DNA of 34,327 bases from an uncultured Candidatus Saccharibacteria bacterium. GTDB lineage: Bacteria > Patescibacteriota > Minisyncoccia > Phycocordibacterales > PALSA-1337. Both the position numbers and the translations under genes were made by a program. The stretch is from the NCBI GenBank assembly GCA_964441635.1, contig CAYTUZ010000001.1, forward strand, positions 1-34,327. Reading direction: 5' to 3'. Positions 34,274-34,327 of the stretch are shown piece by piece. The notes under the pieces were generated by a model, which worked only from the letters and a program-made list of their open reading frames with translations, did not search any database and was not told the DNA's origin. The first letter of the stretch is position 1. Every line of letters begins with the position of its first letter.

Positions 34274-34327
34274 CGGGCGATGAGGGAATCGAACCCCCGA
34301 CAGCGGTTTTGGAGACCGCAGTTATGC
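34274..34327 (-). tRNA. tRNA-Trp(CCA), 3' two-thirds; the 5' end lies outside the window
   Basis: The minus strand reads GCGGT-CTCCAAA-ACCGC, then TGTC, GGGGG-TTCGATT-CCCTC, ATCGCCC and G. Confidence 0.8.

Overview
This is a compact, almost fully coding 34.3-kb bacterial chromosomal segment. Three things make me think of a reduced-genome lineage such as Patescibacteria/CPR, though this is inference only: short intergenic spacers, near absence of Shine-Dalgarno motifs, and an intron-containing tRNA.

Most genes are housekeeping:
- Translation and RNA: fmt, def, frr, hpf, proS, lysS, greA.
- Cell wall and shape: murA, two mreB paralogues, mreC, mreD, PBP2, alr, rseP.
- Replication and repair: priA, holB-like, and a lexA plus UmuC-like polymerase operon.
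- Proteostasis: clpB.
- tRNAs: tRNA-Asn, tRNA-Tyr and a partial tRNA-Trp.

The non-routine content, in my order of interest:
1. 1-5208: a translationally coupled operon of AcpS, FkbH-like loader, ACP, MaoC dehydratase, SDR reductase, MBOAT and a DltD-like protein. It looks like a Dlt-type envelope esterification system built on a glyceryl/lactyl-ACP donor instead of D-alanine.
2. 9242-9623: a tRNA-Asn(GUU) gene split by a 310-nt group I intron with an IC3-type core.
3. 7367-9114: a three-gene cassette with no recognisable domains, abutting that tRNA's 3' end.
4. A -10-like hexamer lies exactly 6 nt upstream of the ATG at eight gene starts, suggesting leaderless mRNAs. The alr ATG also sits 2 nt after a tRNA-Trp 3' end.
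5. An SOS-box promoter drives an unknown 67-aa protein, lexA and a Y-family polymerase that lacks any canonical start codon.
6. Several unusually long inverted repeats mark operon boundaries.
7. A PriA homologue has degenerate helicase motifs.

All protein family calls come from motif recognition by eye. No searches were run.
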